From positions 1 to 54,107 of IMG/VR virus record IMGVR_UViG_3300009422_000007: a stretch of 54,107 nucleotides of DNA, one strand, 5' to 3'. The stretch is from a virus. Lineage: Duplodnaviria; Caudoviricetes. Within the stretch, counting starts at the first letter, position 1, and the number at the start of each line of letters is the position of its first letter. The notes under the pieces were generated by a model that did no database searches, had not been told where the DNA came from, and saw nothing but the letters and a program-made list of their open reading frames with translations. Positions 26,827 to 37,569 of the stretch are shown here, piece by piece. A program made the translations under genes and the position numbers.

Positions 26827-27939
26827 TTATCTAACTCCTACTGTGGCCTCAATCAATCCAATATCTTTGCCGTTAAAGTCTTCTAAACTACGACCAATAA
26901 TACTAAAAAGAGGATCTTCCTTGGTTGCTTTTCTTGCAACGCCTGGTGTATCACTTGCTACTAGTCTATCACCTTTTGCAATAGGTCCTGTTACTTTAGT
27001 TGGAATACGTCCTGCTACTGCGATAGGTAACGCATGCAGTTCTCTTTTACGTCTTGCGTTTAACAAGTAAGCAGGTCTTGTTGAGACAACACCAAATATT
27101 CCTGGATCGCCATCAAACATTGTACTAGTTACTTCGTTAACTCCACCAAGTGCTACTAGTGTACCTGGCTCGTATGTTGCATCGCCTACATAAATTTCAG
27201 CAACGTCAGCAAATTCTGCTTCAATAGCAACACCACGTAATTTAAAATCACTACTTGAATTTAAGTTTAAACCTTTACCAATTACACCTGTTTGGTTGTA
27301 ATCGCCAGTTCCTAAATTAGCATCTGCACCATTTGCACTTGCACCACAAAATGATTGTAAGTTTTCACTTGCATGAGGAGTATAATCTGCATCACTACTA
27401 ACAATCGCTACAAGTATTCCGTTAACTTTAAGTTTGATTGCTTTGTGTATATACAAGTTTGGAGTTGCGGCATTATAGTTGCTATCTTTAATTGTTTCAT
27501 TTATAACAACACCTGTTTCTAATCCAGGTACGCCAAATATATTATTAAGTTGAATAAATGAGGCTCCGTCCCACATAAACACACCTTGATTTGCAGTATC
27601 AAACCACATATCGCCTTTAGCACGTTTAACTAAAGAAGGTTCAGAACCTACAAATAAATGTCCTACTGGCTTCCACACACCACCGCCTTGGTAGACGTTG
27701 ATCTGTTTTGGTTCGCCAATTACATCAGTATTCTTATACCAAATTTGCCCAACAATAGGATTTGTTGGTTCGTCATTACTATTAAAGTTTTCTAATAGTT
27801 TAACAAAATTTTCAGCAATTAATTCGCCGTATCCTAAATAGTTTTTTCCTAAAAGATTTAAACCGTAGGTTGTATCGATTTCACCCTCTTGGATATTTAG
27901 GAGAATTGTACCATCTGTTTTGTTTACTTCATATGCCAT
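26827..27939 (-). CDS. tail fibre/spike protein with C-terminal intramolecular chaperone (peptidase G2/IMC-like) domain
   Basis: N-terminal LLGKNY.GYGE..AENF..LLENF...P..P..GQ.WY anchor; C-terminal ADVAE...GVVST.PAY...GR.P.KV.G.I.KGD.LV...IG..LE. Confidence 0.75.
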   Translation of the reverse strand: MAYEVNKTDGTILLNIQEGEIDTTYGLNLLGKNYLGYGELIAENFVKLLENFNSNDEPTNPIVGQIWYKNTDVIGEPKQINVYQGGGVWKPVGHLFVGSEPSLVKRAKGDMWFDTANQGVFMWDGASFIQLNNIFGVPGLETGVVINETIKDSNYNAATPNLYIHKAIKLKVNGILVAIVSSDADYTPHASENLQSFCGASANGADANLGTGDYNQTGVIGKGLNLNSSSDFKLRGVAIEAEFADVAEIYVGDATYEPGTLVALGGVNEVTSTMFDGDPGIFGVVSTRPAYLLNARRKRELHALPIAVAGRIPTKVTGPIAKGDRLVASDTPGVARKATKEDPLFSIIGRSLEDFNGKDIGLIEATVGVR

Positions 27940-27972
27940 AGTTTATTATCCCTTACCTATTATTTAGTACAA

Positions 27973-28596
27973 CTAGGCTCTTATTCTTAGTGTGTAAATA
28001 ATTTGTATTCTTTGTTCTGCGGTTTTCGTAACCGGATGAAACCTGTAATGCGTTAATAATCTTCCACTATCTAAGCCAGTTATACCTTTGCTTTTCAAGC
28101 CAATTTCATCAAAAATTATCTCTCCGTTACTTGCTAATCCTGCATCATATGTTGCATCTGTTAAGTTAGTAATATAACCACCAGTCTGCGAATTAACATC
28201 TGGATCAGCATAATCAAGTGTTGTAGTAACAATTAAATCTGTAAATTGTGATCCTTTAATATGACTAGTTTCTACTTTATTATCTGTTGGTAATATGTTA
28301 CCAAAATCTAAAGCATCTACTAATCTGTAGTATAAAGGATGATATAGTCCTGCATTTTCTCCAAGAATATTAGCAGATTTATATGTAATAGTTCCTGCAT
28401 TAGTAGATGTTGCTCCATCACCAAAGTGTATTTCGCTAACAATACTATTACCAGAGCTCATTACTTCTGCAAGTGTTTGACTCATGTTTTCTTTATGTAC
28501 AGAGTTTTTACCTTTGCGGAGTACTTGTTTTGTATCGAGATCAATAATCTCAACAAAACCTTCGATTCCTGCGTTAATATCTTGTATATGTGTCAT
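27973..28596 (-). CDS. baseplate/tail structural protein
   Basis: N.VH.ENMS..LA, FG.G, L...LDY, FDEIGL, LLTH..FHPV.K...R.IQI.YTLRI. Confidence 0.7.
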   Translation of the reverse strand: MTHIQDINAGIEGFVEIIDLDTKQVLRKGKNSVHKENMSQTLAEVMSSGNSIVSEIHFGDGATSTNAGTITYKSANILGENAGLYHPLYYRLVDALDFGNILPTDNKVETSHIKGSQFTDLIVTTTLDYADPDVNSQTGGYITNLTDATYDAGLASNGEIIFDEIGLKSKGITGLDSGRLLTHYRFHPVTKTAEQRIQIIYTLRIRA

Positions 28597-28636
28597 TATT
28601 AATATTTAGCCCTTTTGTTATAACCCGTTATATCAA

Positions 28637-31600
28637 TCAACTCGGAACAAATCCAACTTCTCCATCTGGATTAGCATCAGTTAATGTTACAGTAGATTTA
28701 TCTGGATTTAAGAAATTAATTGTATTTCCATCTTCGTCAGTAAGTATTGCAAAATTAGTTTCATCAACATCTACACTAAGTTGGAACTCAGATGTTTCTA
28801 TTGACATTGATAACGTTTCTTCTATACCAACGTTAATTGTTTGTGTGGTTGATATTTTATTATTAAAGTTTGCAATCTTAGTATGGAAAGGTTTTACTTC
28901 CTTAACATATGTTTCAACTTGTTCTGAAAGCCTATCATAAAATAATGAAATAGTTCTTAAATCAGATCCTGATGTTTTAGATATATCTAAGTATGTTGTT
29001 TTAATTGCCCAGTTTGAACTTGGAATCTGGTTTAATGACTCCTTAACCATATCAAAAAAGAATACGTTAAAGAATCCAACATCACTGCCTACTAGTAAAT
29101 CTTGTCTTAATGCAGTCATAATACTTTCTAAAACTTCACTACCATCTTCGTCCCATGGATACTTGTCCCAACGAGCCGTGTCCCATGCATCACCTAATGT
29201 TCCGTCCCATACACTATCTAAAAATTGTATTGTTCCATTACGTTGATATACTAGTTCAATGTCTAATCCATCTTTATTAAATGAACGATCTAGTTCGCCG
29301 TTAGCATCTAGTAATCCAAATACAGTAATATCATCTGTTATTGTTGTTATTTCTGACAAGTCACTTACAAACATTTGTTCACTACCTTCAATATATCCTG
29401 ATGCAAAGTAATCAACATACTCCCAATAAGGAGTTAAGTCTTTTATATAAGGTCCAAATAAAGGCTGGTATGTTAACAAGTGTGCATCAAACGTTGCCTT
29501 GTTTACAGAATTTACTTGTAACAGATACTTGTTTGCTGAGTAAACTAAGTTACGTCTTGCTTCTCTTACATTCTTATACCAAGTTTGTGGTAAAGGAGTA
29601 TACTGATTTCCGTATCTACGAAGTGGATGTAATTTAGTATCTGGAACTCGTCTTCTTGCAGGAATTACTGCTTGATAACCCCCAGTAAGTCCGCCATCTC
29701 TCTGTAATGCAGTAGCTCCACTAACTATCATGTTCCAATCACTTGTTACATCTGCAACGTAATCAGTAGTAGAAGTAAATCCACCTGAACGTGTTACTAA
29801 CATTGGTCTATGTAGTTTTTTCTTTTGTTCTAGTTTAGGATCTGTTGATGTTGCCAATACAGTTCCGTTAACATCAGCTAAATCTCCGTTACCATCTATT
29901 GCATACTTAGGTCTAAATACTGCTTCGACTATTTCTCTTGTATCGTTTAAAAAACCAATAATAGGAATATCTCTTTCATTATAATTAGTAGATATGCTAA
30001 CTTCAGATGAATAATCAAAGTTTATAATATAGTCACCTTCGTTATAAACTGTATTAGGTGCCCATATTTTTAATGCATTTGTTCTTCTATAATTGTCTCT
30101 GCCTGCTATGCTTGTTTTAAGCCTACGGAATAGGTATTCTGGAATAACACTTCCTGACTTACCTTCACTTACTAGTAAACTATTAACGTGTTGTTGCAAT
30201 CCATCATCTCTTTCAACAATTCTTAGTATTACACTTTTTCTTGTTGATAAGAAACTGTTAAGATTTGAAACTACTAAGGCACTAGTTGCAATTGGACTTG
30301 CCCAAGTTATACCTGCAACATCTGGACTGTTTAGTGAAGATTGTATTGCAAGTGCTGAATAAGGTCTTGTTACATTGCTTGGAGTATCACTTGGATTCTT
30401 AGTCCAAAAATAATACTTTGTTACTAACGCACCATTACGAGTGTATTCTTCGTTTTGCGTATATCTAATAACAGGATCACCACTTGACATATCTACTCTA
30501 GCATTAGGGTGTGTATCAACTGACGGCTCTTCATCTGACGAAGACCATTCGTATATTTCTACTTCACTATCTGCAAATTGTTCTCCCCAATAGTTTGCTC
30601 TGTATTCAATGTTGTCTCTTTGCTCGTACTCTGCATAACGTAACTTGCTGGTATCCCACCATAGTTTGCCAACTTGTATTGTTTCCCAATATGTTGTTGC
30701 ATCTAGTTCTGGATTACCAAACTCATCTATATTATAGACTGCTGGATCTGCACCTTGTCTATAATCTAAGTATTGTGTTACTTCGTCAATAGTAAATCCT
30801 TTATAAGGATCAAACAGTTCAATATTAGTAAGTTTGTTTCCAGTAGTTCCGTCTAACAATGTAATACTATCTATTGCTTTTGAGTTTACCATGTCACCTG
30901 TTAGTGTTGTTGCTTCTTGATTTATTTCCCAAGCAGTTCCGTTAAACTCATATACTGTATATTCACCTTGAGCAGTACTATCTGGCTCTAAGTAAAACTT
31001 AGTTCCAACAGCAATGTTTGTAAAGTCAGTTGGTAAGTCTGCTGTAGTTTTACCTTTAGTGTTCATCATTATTATTGCTACTAAGTTTTCAATTTTTGTT
31101 GAAACTCTAGTAGGAATTAAAATATTATAAGAATCAATTACTTTTGTAACTATGTGAAAAGTTCTAATTGGATCTTCGTTAGTTCCAAGTATTAATAGCA
31201 TATCATCTACAGCCAAGCCATGTGCATTGGCAAATGTAACTTTGCTTTCTGCAAACTGAGGATCTGCATTAGGACATATTTCACTTATTAGTGTCGGTAC
31301 AGTACCTTTTAAAATATTCCAGCTAACTTCAGTTTCACCTGTTTCTGTTGATGTAAAATCTTTAAAGTCAAAATCACTTAACCATACACTAGGTGGATTT
31401 GTTATAGCATCTTCTGTAACTACAGTCCATTGTGCTGAGTTAAATGCTGTAGTTGGTCCGCCTGTAATTGGTACTAAGGCCTGATATAATATAGCATTAT
31501 TCCATACTCTATCTTGTTCCTTATATAAATTAAACTTACTAAAGGATCTTAATTCATTTAAACGTTCAAAGTTATCATCATTAAAAACACTAATGTCTGA

Positions 31601-34600
31601 ACCAAACAGTTCATTAACACTTCTCTTTTGTACGTTTGTTTCAATTAGGTTTCCTACACCAGCACTAGGTAGCCAATTATTCTTTGCTACATAATCTGCT
31701 GTTAAAGTTGAACGTGGTATTACTGGAAAGTTAACATCATTACTTCTTGTTACCCATCTGCTATCATTCTTTAGTATATCAATTATATTATCGCTTTTAA
31801 GGTCAACATCATTTTTGCCTTCTTTAAAACGTATAACTTGTCTAGTACTTGTTACGTCCTCTGCCCTAATTTCTATTTCCCAAACTTTTCTATTTCCTAG
31901 TTTACCAAATTCTCCATCTGTAAACATCCATTGTTCGTTAATTTCTAAGTCTTGTAATACTCCTGGAATATCGATTGCAGAGTTCCTAAACAATGCTTCA
32001 ATGGCTAAGTTTGTTCCTGAAGCAGATATTAATCCTTGCTTAAATGCAAATTCAACAGACTCATCTGCAATTATTTCTTCAATAATTGATTTCTTATCTG
32101 GAATAATATCTCCTTTACTAACATCACTTAGGAATGTATTAAATTGACTTTTCTCTGATTCTCTTGACTTAATAACATCATCTGTTAAACTTTCAAATCC
32201 TGGAAGTAGTCCTGTGTTTGTTACTACAACTCCTTGTGCAAATGGCTTACCGTCCCAACCTCTAGTTCTTCTAGCAATTAATTTCATGCTTGGAAGTCTA
32301 AACTGTAGTTGGCTATTGTTAATTACATCTCCAAATCTAGTAGAGTTATTAAAGAAAAATACATGATCATAACTTCTTATTGAAAAGTCAATAAACGTAA
32401 CTTGCTTTTGAGAAGTAATCTCAACAAGGTCTTGTTTATCGTTGTAGTTTCTTGATATTAACAAATCACTTGGTTGTGCTAACTTTCCGTCTGAGAATAC
32501 AATCTTTCCTCGTCTAGTTAAATCGTTGTCTAGTTTATCAAGATGCCCTTGCTGATGTTCATATAAGAATCCTGAAGAGTCAATAGGACCACCTAACCAG
32601 AAAGTATCTGTTCCCCAGTTCTCCCCAATCCATGTCATTGCATCTAATGCCACTTGCTCCCAGTTACCAACAGTTCCTCTTGAGTTTAAACTATCAAATA
32701 CTAATCCGTTTCTTACCTGTAATTCTTGTAATCCAATAAAGAATTCATATAGTTCTTGTTTAGTTTCAAATTTATGTCCATAAGAAACTTTTGTTACATC
32801 TTGTACATGCTGTTTAAAGAAAGTAAATGTATCTGTATCTGTTGTTACTTTACGTTGATACGTTCCACTTGCACTTCCTGTAGGTCCTTCTTTTATAGGT
32901 AATACTATATTAAAGTATCTCTCTTCTGGATCAAAGCCATATACTCTAAATCCAGCATCTTCTCTTTCTAGTCTTACTGCACTATATCGTAATTCGTTAG
33001 TTGCAACACCTTCGTCTAATGTTAAGTTAAAATCTTCTTCAGGTACAAATGTTCCATCAGCAAACTTTGCATGTGGCATTTTAAATTTAGCTTCTTGATT
33101 ACTATATCCGCCCATACCAAACATTAATACAACTCCGAGGCTTTCAATTTCGTTGATTACTTCTGAACCAGGAAAGTTTAACTCTTTATTGTTTTCAAAC
33201 AATAATGCTCCAATACCAACAGTAGGCCTTAACTGTACAAAAGGTACATCTGGAAAAATACTATATGTTCCTAGTGCTTCTGTTGAATTATTTTTGTTAC
33301 TAACAATATAAGGATTAATTCCTTTTTCTATTGCTTCGTTTACAGTTTCCTTGTTGCCTATCTTATCTAAAATTTGATGGTATGCTCCTGCAGAACTTCT
33401 AGCCCATAAATCTTCCCATACACCGTAACTGCCAATCTCCCAAGGAGCGCCTGCGGCATCTTCTGTTACAGTTATTCCTAACCATTCTTTTGGGCTTATT
33501 AATCTTGCAGAGTTAGTAACTGGAAATCCATTTGGGTAATCTCTTTTAACTGACATGTCATATACTAAAGGAGTACCAGGCTCACTTATAAGTCCTGTTG
33601 TTAACGCTTGCTCTAATGCAATACGCTGAGTTGCATCACCCCATTGGTAATGTGAATCCCACCAAGTTGGTTTATTAGTAAATTTTAATATTTCCCAAGG
33701 TCGACTGTCTGGCTGATATGTTCCAAATAATCTAACATACATTCCTCTCCAGCTCTCTCCGCTATAATTCCATGTCCAAGGATCCGTAAAATCAAAATCT
33801 TGTGTACGATCTCTAAAGTCAATATCGTTAGATTGAAACCATCTAACTTCTGCTAACGAACGTAATGGAGTTACAGTAGGACTTGCATATAACCCTGCGT
33901 TTTCTCTTGTTGCTTCATCTGAAAGAGGTGTACAACTAACATAAATTCTTCTTTCTAATTCTAGTATTAAGTAATCTCTAGCATCAGGAGCTGAATAAAT
34001 GTTATCCTGGTGTGCCATTACCTTACTTCCGTCATGTCTTATAATTAAGAAACGATCAAAGTCTCCCCAACGTTCTCTAATAAGTTCTGGCTTAGTTAGT
34101 GCTTTTAATCCTAGTTTAGTCGGACTAGCAGGCATTCCACTTAACAATGGAGTTGATAAACCTCTATAGTAAATACTTACAATACTTGCAACATCAACTG
34201 GTGTGTCAAATACAACGTTAGGACTTGTAACAGTATAACCAGTTATTTGTAATATGTTATCAATATAAACATAAACATGATCTGGATCATATTCGTCTAA
34301 TGCTAAAGTACTACTTCCAACGTTAATTGCGAATGTTGTTTCACTTGCCCCTGCTATAGTATAATCTACTTTAAGCATGTTAGTAGTAGAAAACACCATT
34401 CCACTTTCTGAATCTGGCGAGTTCCTATTAACCTCAATGTTTAGTTGGTCTAGCAATAAGTCTAATATTTCTCTAGAATTTGAAGTTGTTACATCATATG
34501 TGTTGTTATAAGTTTCTACTAACTTTATAAATCTTCTATGCCATCTCCAAGAATTCATGCTCCTATTAATAACAGCCTCACCTAAACTTGGATTAAGTCT

Positions 34601-37564
34601 TTGCGTAGCCCACATGCCTCTTATTGCTGAAATATCAGCAGTATAAGATCCGTTTAGTGATGGAATTTGAAAACCATTGTCCCAATTACTACCATCCCTT
34701 GTGTTTGCTTTTATATTCTTTGTTAAAGCAGAGTCTAGCATTGCTGGTGTAAATCCGTTTACAAACGAAATATTTTGTGTTGGATTATATGCAAGTCCTG
34801 GAATTGCAGTACAATGTTCAAGTTCTAAACCAGCCTTGTTTAAAAATTCACCTTGGTGTTTAATTTCAATAGTTGAAGAGTTACTTACATCTGTTAATGA
34901 AATATTAAACTCTGTTACAAAATTTGCTACATCTCTAATAGTAGTATGATTCCAGTTATATGGTATACCATCAACTTTTACTTCAGGAGACCTTGGATCG
35001 TTTTTAACATCAATTACCATTAATGTAGTACCATAGTAATTTGGACCAAATGTACACTTATAACAGCCTTCGCTTAATGCTAGATCAAGTTTTATAAATC
35101 CATCAACTGTTGTCGCTGTTGCTACTGTAACATTATTGTGGTCTTTAATAATTATGTCTGTTAATGTTGTAGTATTAATTACTAATGGTTCGTCTGTTGC
35201 ACCTACTAACATATTATGTACAACTGTTTGATAGTTGTCATTATGTTGTACAAGTACACCAGATTTATGTCTTACTACTGTCCAATCATAGACTGGCCAA
35301 GATGTTTCTGTAAACGTTAATCCTGTTGTTGGCATCTGCGTTGCCTGTATTCTAACACTTGCCCAACTTTTTAATCTATACCAAGCTCTTAGTAAACCTG
35401 TGCTTAATCCACTGTTTACATCTGTAGGTAAGTTTGTAATTGCGTCATTCATTCTTCTAAAGTTTATTGGTCCTGGAACATCAGCATCTCTGTCACTTGA
35501 ATCTAAAAACTTTGTAGTATCTTGCAAAGTATAATTAAACAATATATCAGCAGTTTTGTTAACAGCATTATTTGTTAACTCTGTTGAAAAGTTTGCTTTA
35601 TCAAACTTAATTCTAAATCCACTCTCTTTATCTACTGATCCAGTGCCGTCTGTAAATTCAATAATAGTTGAATTCTGTCTAGTTGGAACTTCATTATATG
35701 TTTCTTTCCATAAGTCAAGTGCTACTTGATCTCTATCATACAATCTCCATAATGGAACATGGGTTTTACTTAACCTTGTCTGTGCTGGAATGACTGCTCC
35801 ATTTTTAACTTTGTATTCTAGATATGCTTTCAAACCTGCTTTAATGTACATAGACTGGCCGTCTCTTAGTTTATCAATTATAAAATGAGTACAAATACCT
35901 TGTGCATCTGCTCGGAAGATAAGAATATTATTCATATACGTTCCAGACCTTAACCATAAAGTTTGGATAGCTCGTATTCTGTTTCCTCCTCTAAATCTTG
36001 TCGCTATTAAATTAAGATCACTAATTGCAGTTCTTGCTAATTGGTTTGTTGAAAATGTGTCTGTTAAAAAGTTTTCAATAGCAGTCTCGTCACCGTTAAG
36101 TAATGCTTGATAAATTGCTTCGTTTTGTGTTTGGTCAGCAGTACCAAGAAAGAAGTCTACCATAATTCTTAAAATAGGAGTTCCAATATAATCATTAGGC
36201 TGTTGAGTTGCCCCGGCTTCGTCTTCGACTACACAAGTAATACGTCCTTTAAATGTAGTTCCATGATTAAATGCTTCTAGTGTATTCTCAAATTCAATAA
36301 TAGGTCTTAGAGCAACGTCTTTTCTATCAGTAATATCACTTTGTCTAATATTTAAAAAGTTACAAATTTCATTAATTGTATCTTTATGTGTCCATACATT
36401 TGCTCTAGAAAACGCACTTCTATTTTCAGCACCAATTGCTTGTGTAACATAATGTTTTTCGTTTATTCCTAGTATATCACCTTCCCAAGATATTTCGTCC
36501 CATGATAAATTTGTCTGGTCCCATAACGAAGTTAGCTCTGTACTATAAACTGTTCTTCTATCTTGTTGCGTAGCTGGTAAGAATCTAATACCTGCTGGAG
36601 TTCCAACACCAGCAACTTGGAAAATTCGTTGTGTATTAACTTCTGCAGACCTAAGTGTTGTTTCTGAATTTACATAGTAATCGTTTAGTACAAGTGTTAT
36701 TGACGTACCGATTGCAGGAACAAATCCTGTTCTCCATATAATAGATTCTGACACAAAGTCAAAATTAGTACCCACTACTTGTAAAACTCCGTCTACATAG
36801 ACTTCAACACTTGCTGATTTATTGTAACCAAAGTCGCCGTCTACTTCATTATTAAAGTCTACTTGTCCTGTATCATTTGCAATATGTGTTTCTGTAATTG
36901 TTCCATTGACGCTTTCTCTACCAGTAACATCTTTCTTAAACGAAACTCTCATGCCGTTTTTAAATTGCAGTACTTTGCCGTTTGCTTGTATTGGAGTTGT
37001 ATAAGTTTGTTTTCCAATAATATCAGAATTAATATTAATAGGAGCACTTGTATCTGAAACTATAGAACCTGTAAGATGTAGAATTGGTGTTTGAGGACGT
37101 ATCCACATATAGTTACTCCAGTTAATAAACTTATCTGGATTAATTGGAAGATCGTTAACACTTACTGGAACAGCAGGTTCATCATCATGCTTATCTACAA
37201 AGCCTTGTGATAATGCAATGTTATCTGATGTTAATGTATAAGTCTTGTTATCGTTTCTTCTGACTACAATACCTTCTTCTAATTGTCTTTTCTTATTATC
37301 TGCTGTTGGTAAAAAGTCGTTAACATCTTGGATAGCACTAGCAATTCCTGATGTAGGTCTTCCAATATTATAGTTTACATTTTCTATAACATTAGGTTGG
37401 AACATATCTTCGATTGTTGCTGTAAATATTTTCTTAGTAATATCAGTTTTAAATATACTAGGTAATAAATTTACTGCAAGAGGTTCTACTTTTCCTACTT
37501 CTTTTTGCTTTGGATATGTATTGTCTCCAATAACTTTGCCATTAAACTTTTTAGGGTTTGCCAT
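28637..37564 (-). CDS. very large baseplate wedge / virion structural protein (2975 aa)
   Basis: Follows the gp6-like gene; NLLP.IF.T, PIN.DKF.NW..Y.W, A.RPIIEF, PWE.L....KP.WW, Y..EVKPFHTKI motifs recalled from jumbo myovirus wedge proteins. Confidence 0.75.
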   Translation of the reverse strand: MANPKKFNGKVIGDNTYPKQKEVGKVEPLAVNLLPSIFKTDITKKIFTATIEDMFQPNVIENVNYNIGRPTSGIASAIQDVNDFLPTADNKKRQLEEGIVVRRNDNKTYTLTSDNIALSQGFVDKHDDEPAVPVSVNDLPINPDKFINWSNYMWIRPQTPILHLTGSIVSDTSAPININSDIIGKQTYTTPIQANGKVLQFKNGMRVSFKKDVTGRESVNGTITETHIANDTGQVDFNNEVDGDFGYNKSASVEVYVDGVLQVVGTNFDFVSESIIWRTGFVPAIGTSITLVLNDYYVNSETTLRSAEVNTQRIFQVAGVGTPAGIRFLPATQQDRRTVYSTELTSLWDQTNLSWDEISWEGDILGINEKHYVTQAIGAENRSAFSRANVWTHKDTINEICNFLNIRQSDITDRKDVALRPIIEFENTLEAFNHGTTFKGRITCVVEDEAGATQQPNDYIGTPILRIMVDFFLGTADQTQNEAIYQALLNGDETAIENFLTDTFSTNQLARTAISDLNLIATRFRGGNRIRAIQTLWLRSGTYMNNILIFRADAQGICTHFIIDKLRDGQSMYIKAGLKAYLEYKVKNGAVIPAQTRLSKTHVPLWRLYDRDQVALDLWKETYNEVPTRQNSTIIEFTDGTGSVDKESGFRIKFDKANFSTELTNNAVNKTADILFNYTLQDTTKFLDSSDRDADVPGPINFRRMNDAITNLPTDVNSGLSTGLLRAWYRLKSWASVRIQATQMPTTGLTFTETSWPVYDWTVVRHKSGVLVQHNDNYQTVVHNMLVGATDEPLVINTTTLTDIIIKDHNNVTVATATTVDGFIKLDLALSEGCYKCTFGPNYYGTTLMVIDVKNDPRSPEVKVDGIPYNWNHTTIRDVANFVTEFNISLTDVSNSSTIEIKHQGEFLNKAGLELEHCTAIPGLAYNPTQNISFVNGFTPAMLDSALTKNIKANTRDGSNWDNGFQIPSLNGSYTADISAIRGMWATQRLNPSLGEAVINRSMNSWRWHRRFIKLVETYNNTYDVTTSNSREILDLLLDQLNIEVNRNSPDSESGMVFSTTNMLKVDYTIAGASETTFAINVGSSTLALDEYDPDHVYVYIDNILQITGYTVTSPNVVFDTPVDVASIVSIYYRGLSTPLLSGMPASPTKLGLKALTKPELIRERWGDFDRFLIIRHDGSKVMAHQDNIYSAPDARDYLILELERRIYVSCTPLSDEATRENAGLYASPTVTPLRSLAEVRWFQSNDIDFRDRTQDFDFTDPWTWNYSGESWRGMYVRLFGTYQPDSRPWEILKFTNKPTWWDSHYQWGDATQRIALEQALTTGLISEPGTPLVYDMSVKRDYPNGFPVTNSARLISPKEWLGITVTEDAAGAPWEIGSYGVWEDLWARSSAGAYHQILDKIGNKETVNEAIEKGINPYIVSNKNNSTEALGTYSIFPDVPFVQLRPTVGIGALLFENNKELNFPGSEVINEIESLGVVLMFGMGGYSNQEAKFKMPHAKFADGTFVPEEDFNLTLDEGVATNELRYSAVRLEREDAGFRVYGFDPEERYFNIVLPIKEGPTGSASGTYQRKVTTDTDTFTFFKQHVQDVTKVSYGHKFETKQELYEFFIGLQELQVRNGLVFDSLNSRGTVGNWEQVALDAMTWIGENWGTDTFWLGGPIDSSGFLYEHQQGHLDKLDNDLTRRGKIVFSDGKLAQPSDLLISRNYNDKQDLVEITSQKQVTFIDFSIRSYDHVFFFNNSTRFGDVINNSQLQFRLPSMKLIARRTRGWDGKPFAQGVVVTNTGLLPGFESLTDDVIKSRESEKSQFNTFLSDVSKGDIIPDKKSIIEEIIADESVEFAFKQGLISASGTNLAIEALFRNSAIDIPGVLQDLEINEQWMFTDGEFGKLGNRKVWEIEIRAEDVTSTRQVIRFKEGKNDVDLKSDNIIDILKNDSRWVTRSNDVNFPVIPRSTLTADYVAKNNWLPSAGVGNLIETNVQKRSVNELFGSDISVFNDDNFERLNELRSFSKFNLYKEQDRVWNNAILYQALVPITGGPTTAFNSAQWTVVTEDAITNPPSVWLSDFDFKDFTSTETGETEVSWNILKGTVPTLISEICPNADPQFAESKVTFANAHGLAVDDMLLILGTNEDPIRTFHIVTKVIDSYNILIPTRVSTKIENLVAIIMMNTKGKTTADLPTDFTNIAVGTKFYLEPDSTAQGEYTVYEFNGTAWEINQEATTLTGDMVNSKAIDSITLLDGTTGNKLTNIELFDPYKGFTIDEVTQYLDYRQGADPAVYNIDEFGNPELDATTYWETIQVGKLWWDTSKLRYAEYEQRDNIEYRANYWGEQFADSEVEIYEWSSSDEEPSVDTHPNARVDMSSGDPVIRYTQNEEYTRNGALVTKYYFWTKNPSDTPSNVTRPYSALAIQSSLNSPDVAGITWASPIATSALVVSNLNSFLSTRKSVILRIVERDDGLQQHVNSLLVSEGKSGSVIPEYLFRRLKTSIAGRDNYRRTNALKIWAPNTVYNEGDYIINFDYSSEVSISTNYNERDIPIIGFLNDTREIVEAVFRPKYAIDGNGDLADVNGTVLATSTDPKLEQKKKLHRPMLVTRSGGFTSTTDYVADVTSDWNMIVSGATALQRDGGLTGGYQAVIPARRRVPDTKLHPLRRYGNQYTPLPQTWYKNVREARRNLVYSANKYLLQVNSVNKATFDAHLLTYQPLFGPYIKDLTPYWEYVDYFASGYIEGSEQMFVSDLSEITTITDDITVFGLLDANGELDRSFNKDGLDIELVYQRNGTIQFLDSVWDGTLGDAWDTARWDKYPWDEDGSEVLESIMTALRQDLLVGSDVGFFNVFFFDMVKESLNQIPSSNWAIKTTYLDISKTSGSDLRTISLFYDRLSEQVETYVKEVKPFHTKIANFNNKISTTQTINVGIEETLSMSIETSEFQLSVDVDETNFAILTDEDGNTINFLNPDKSTVTLTDANPDGEVGFVPS

Positions 37565-37569
37565 TTATA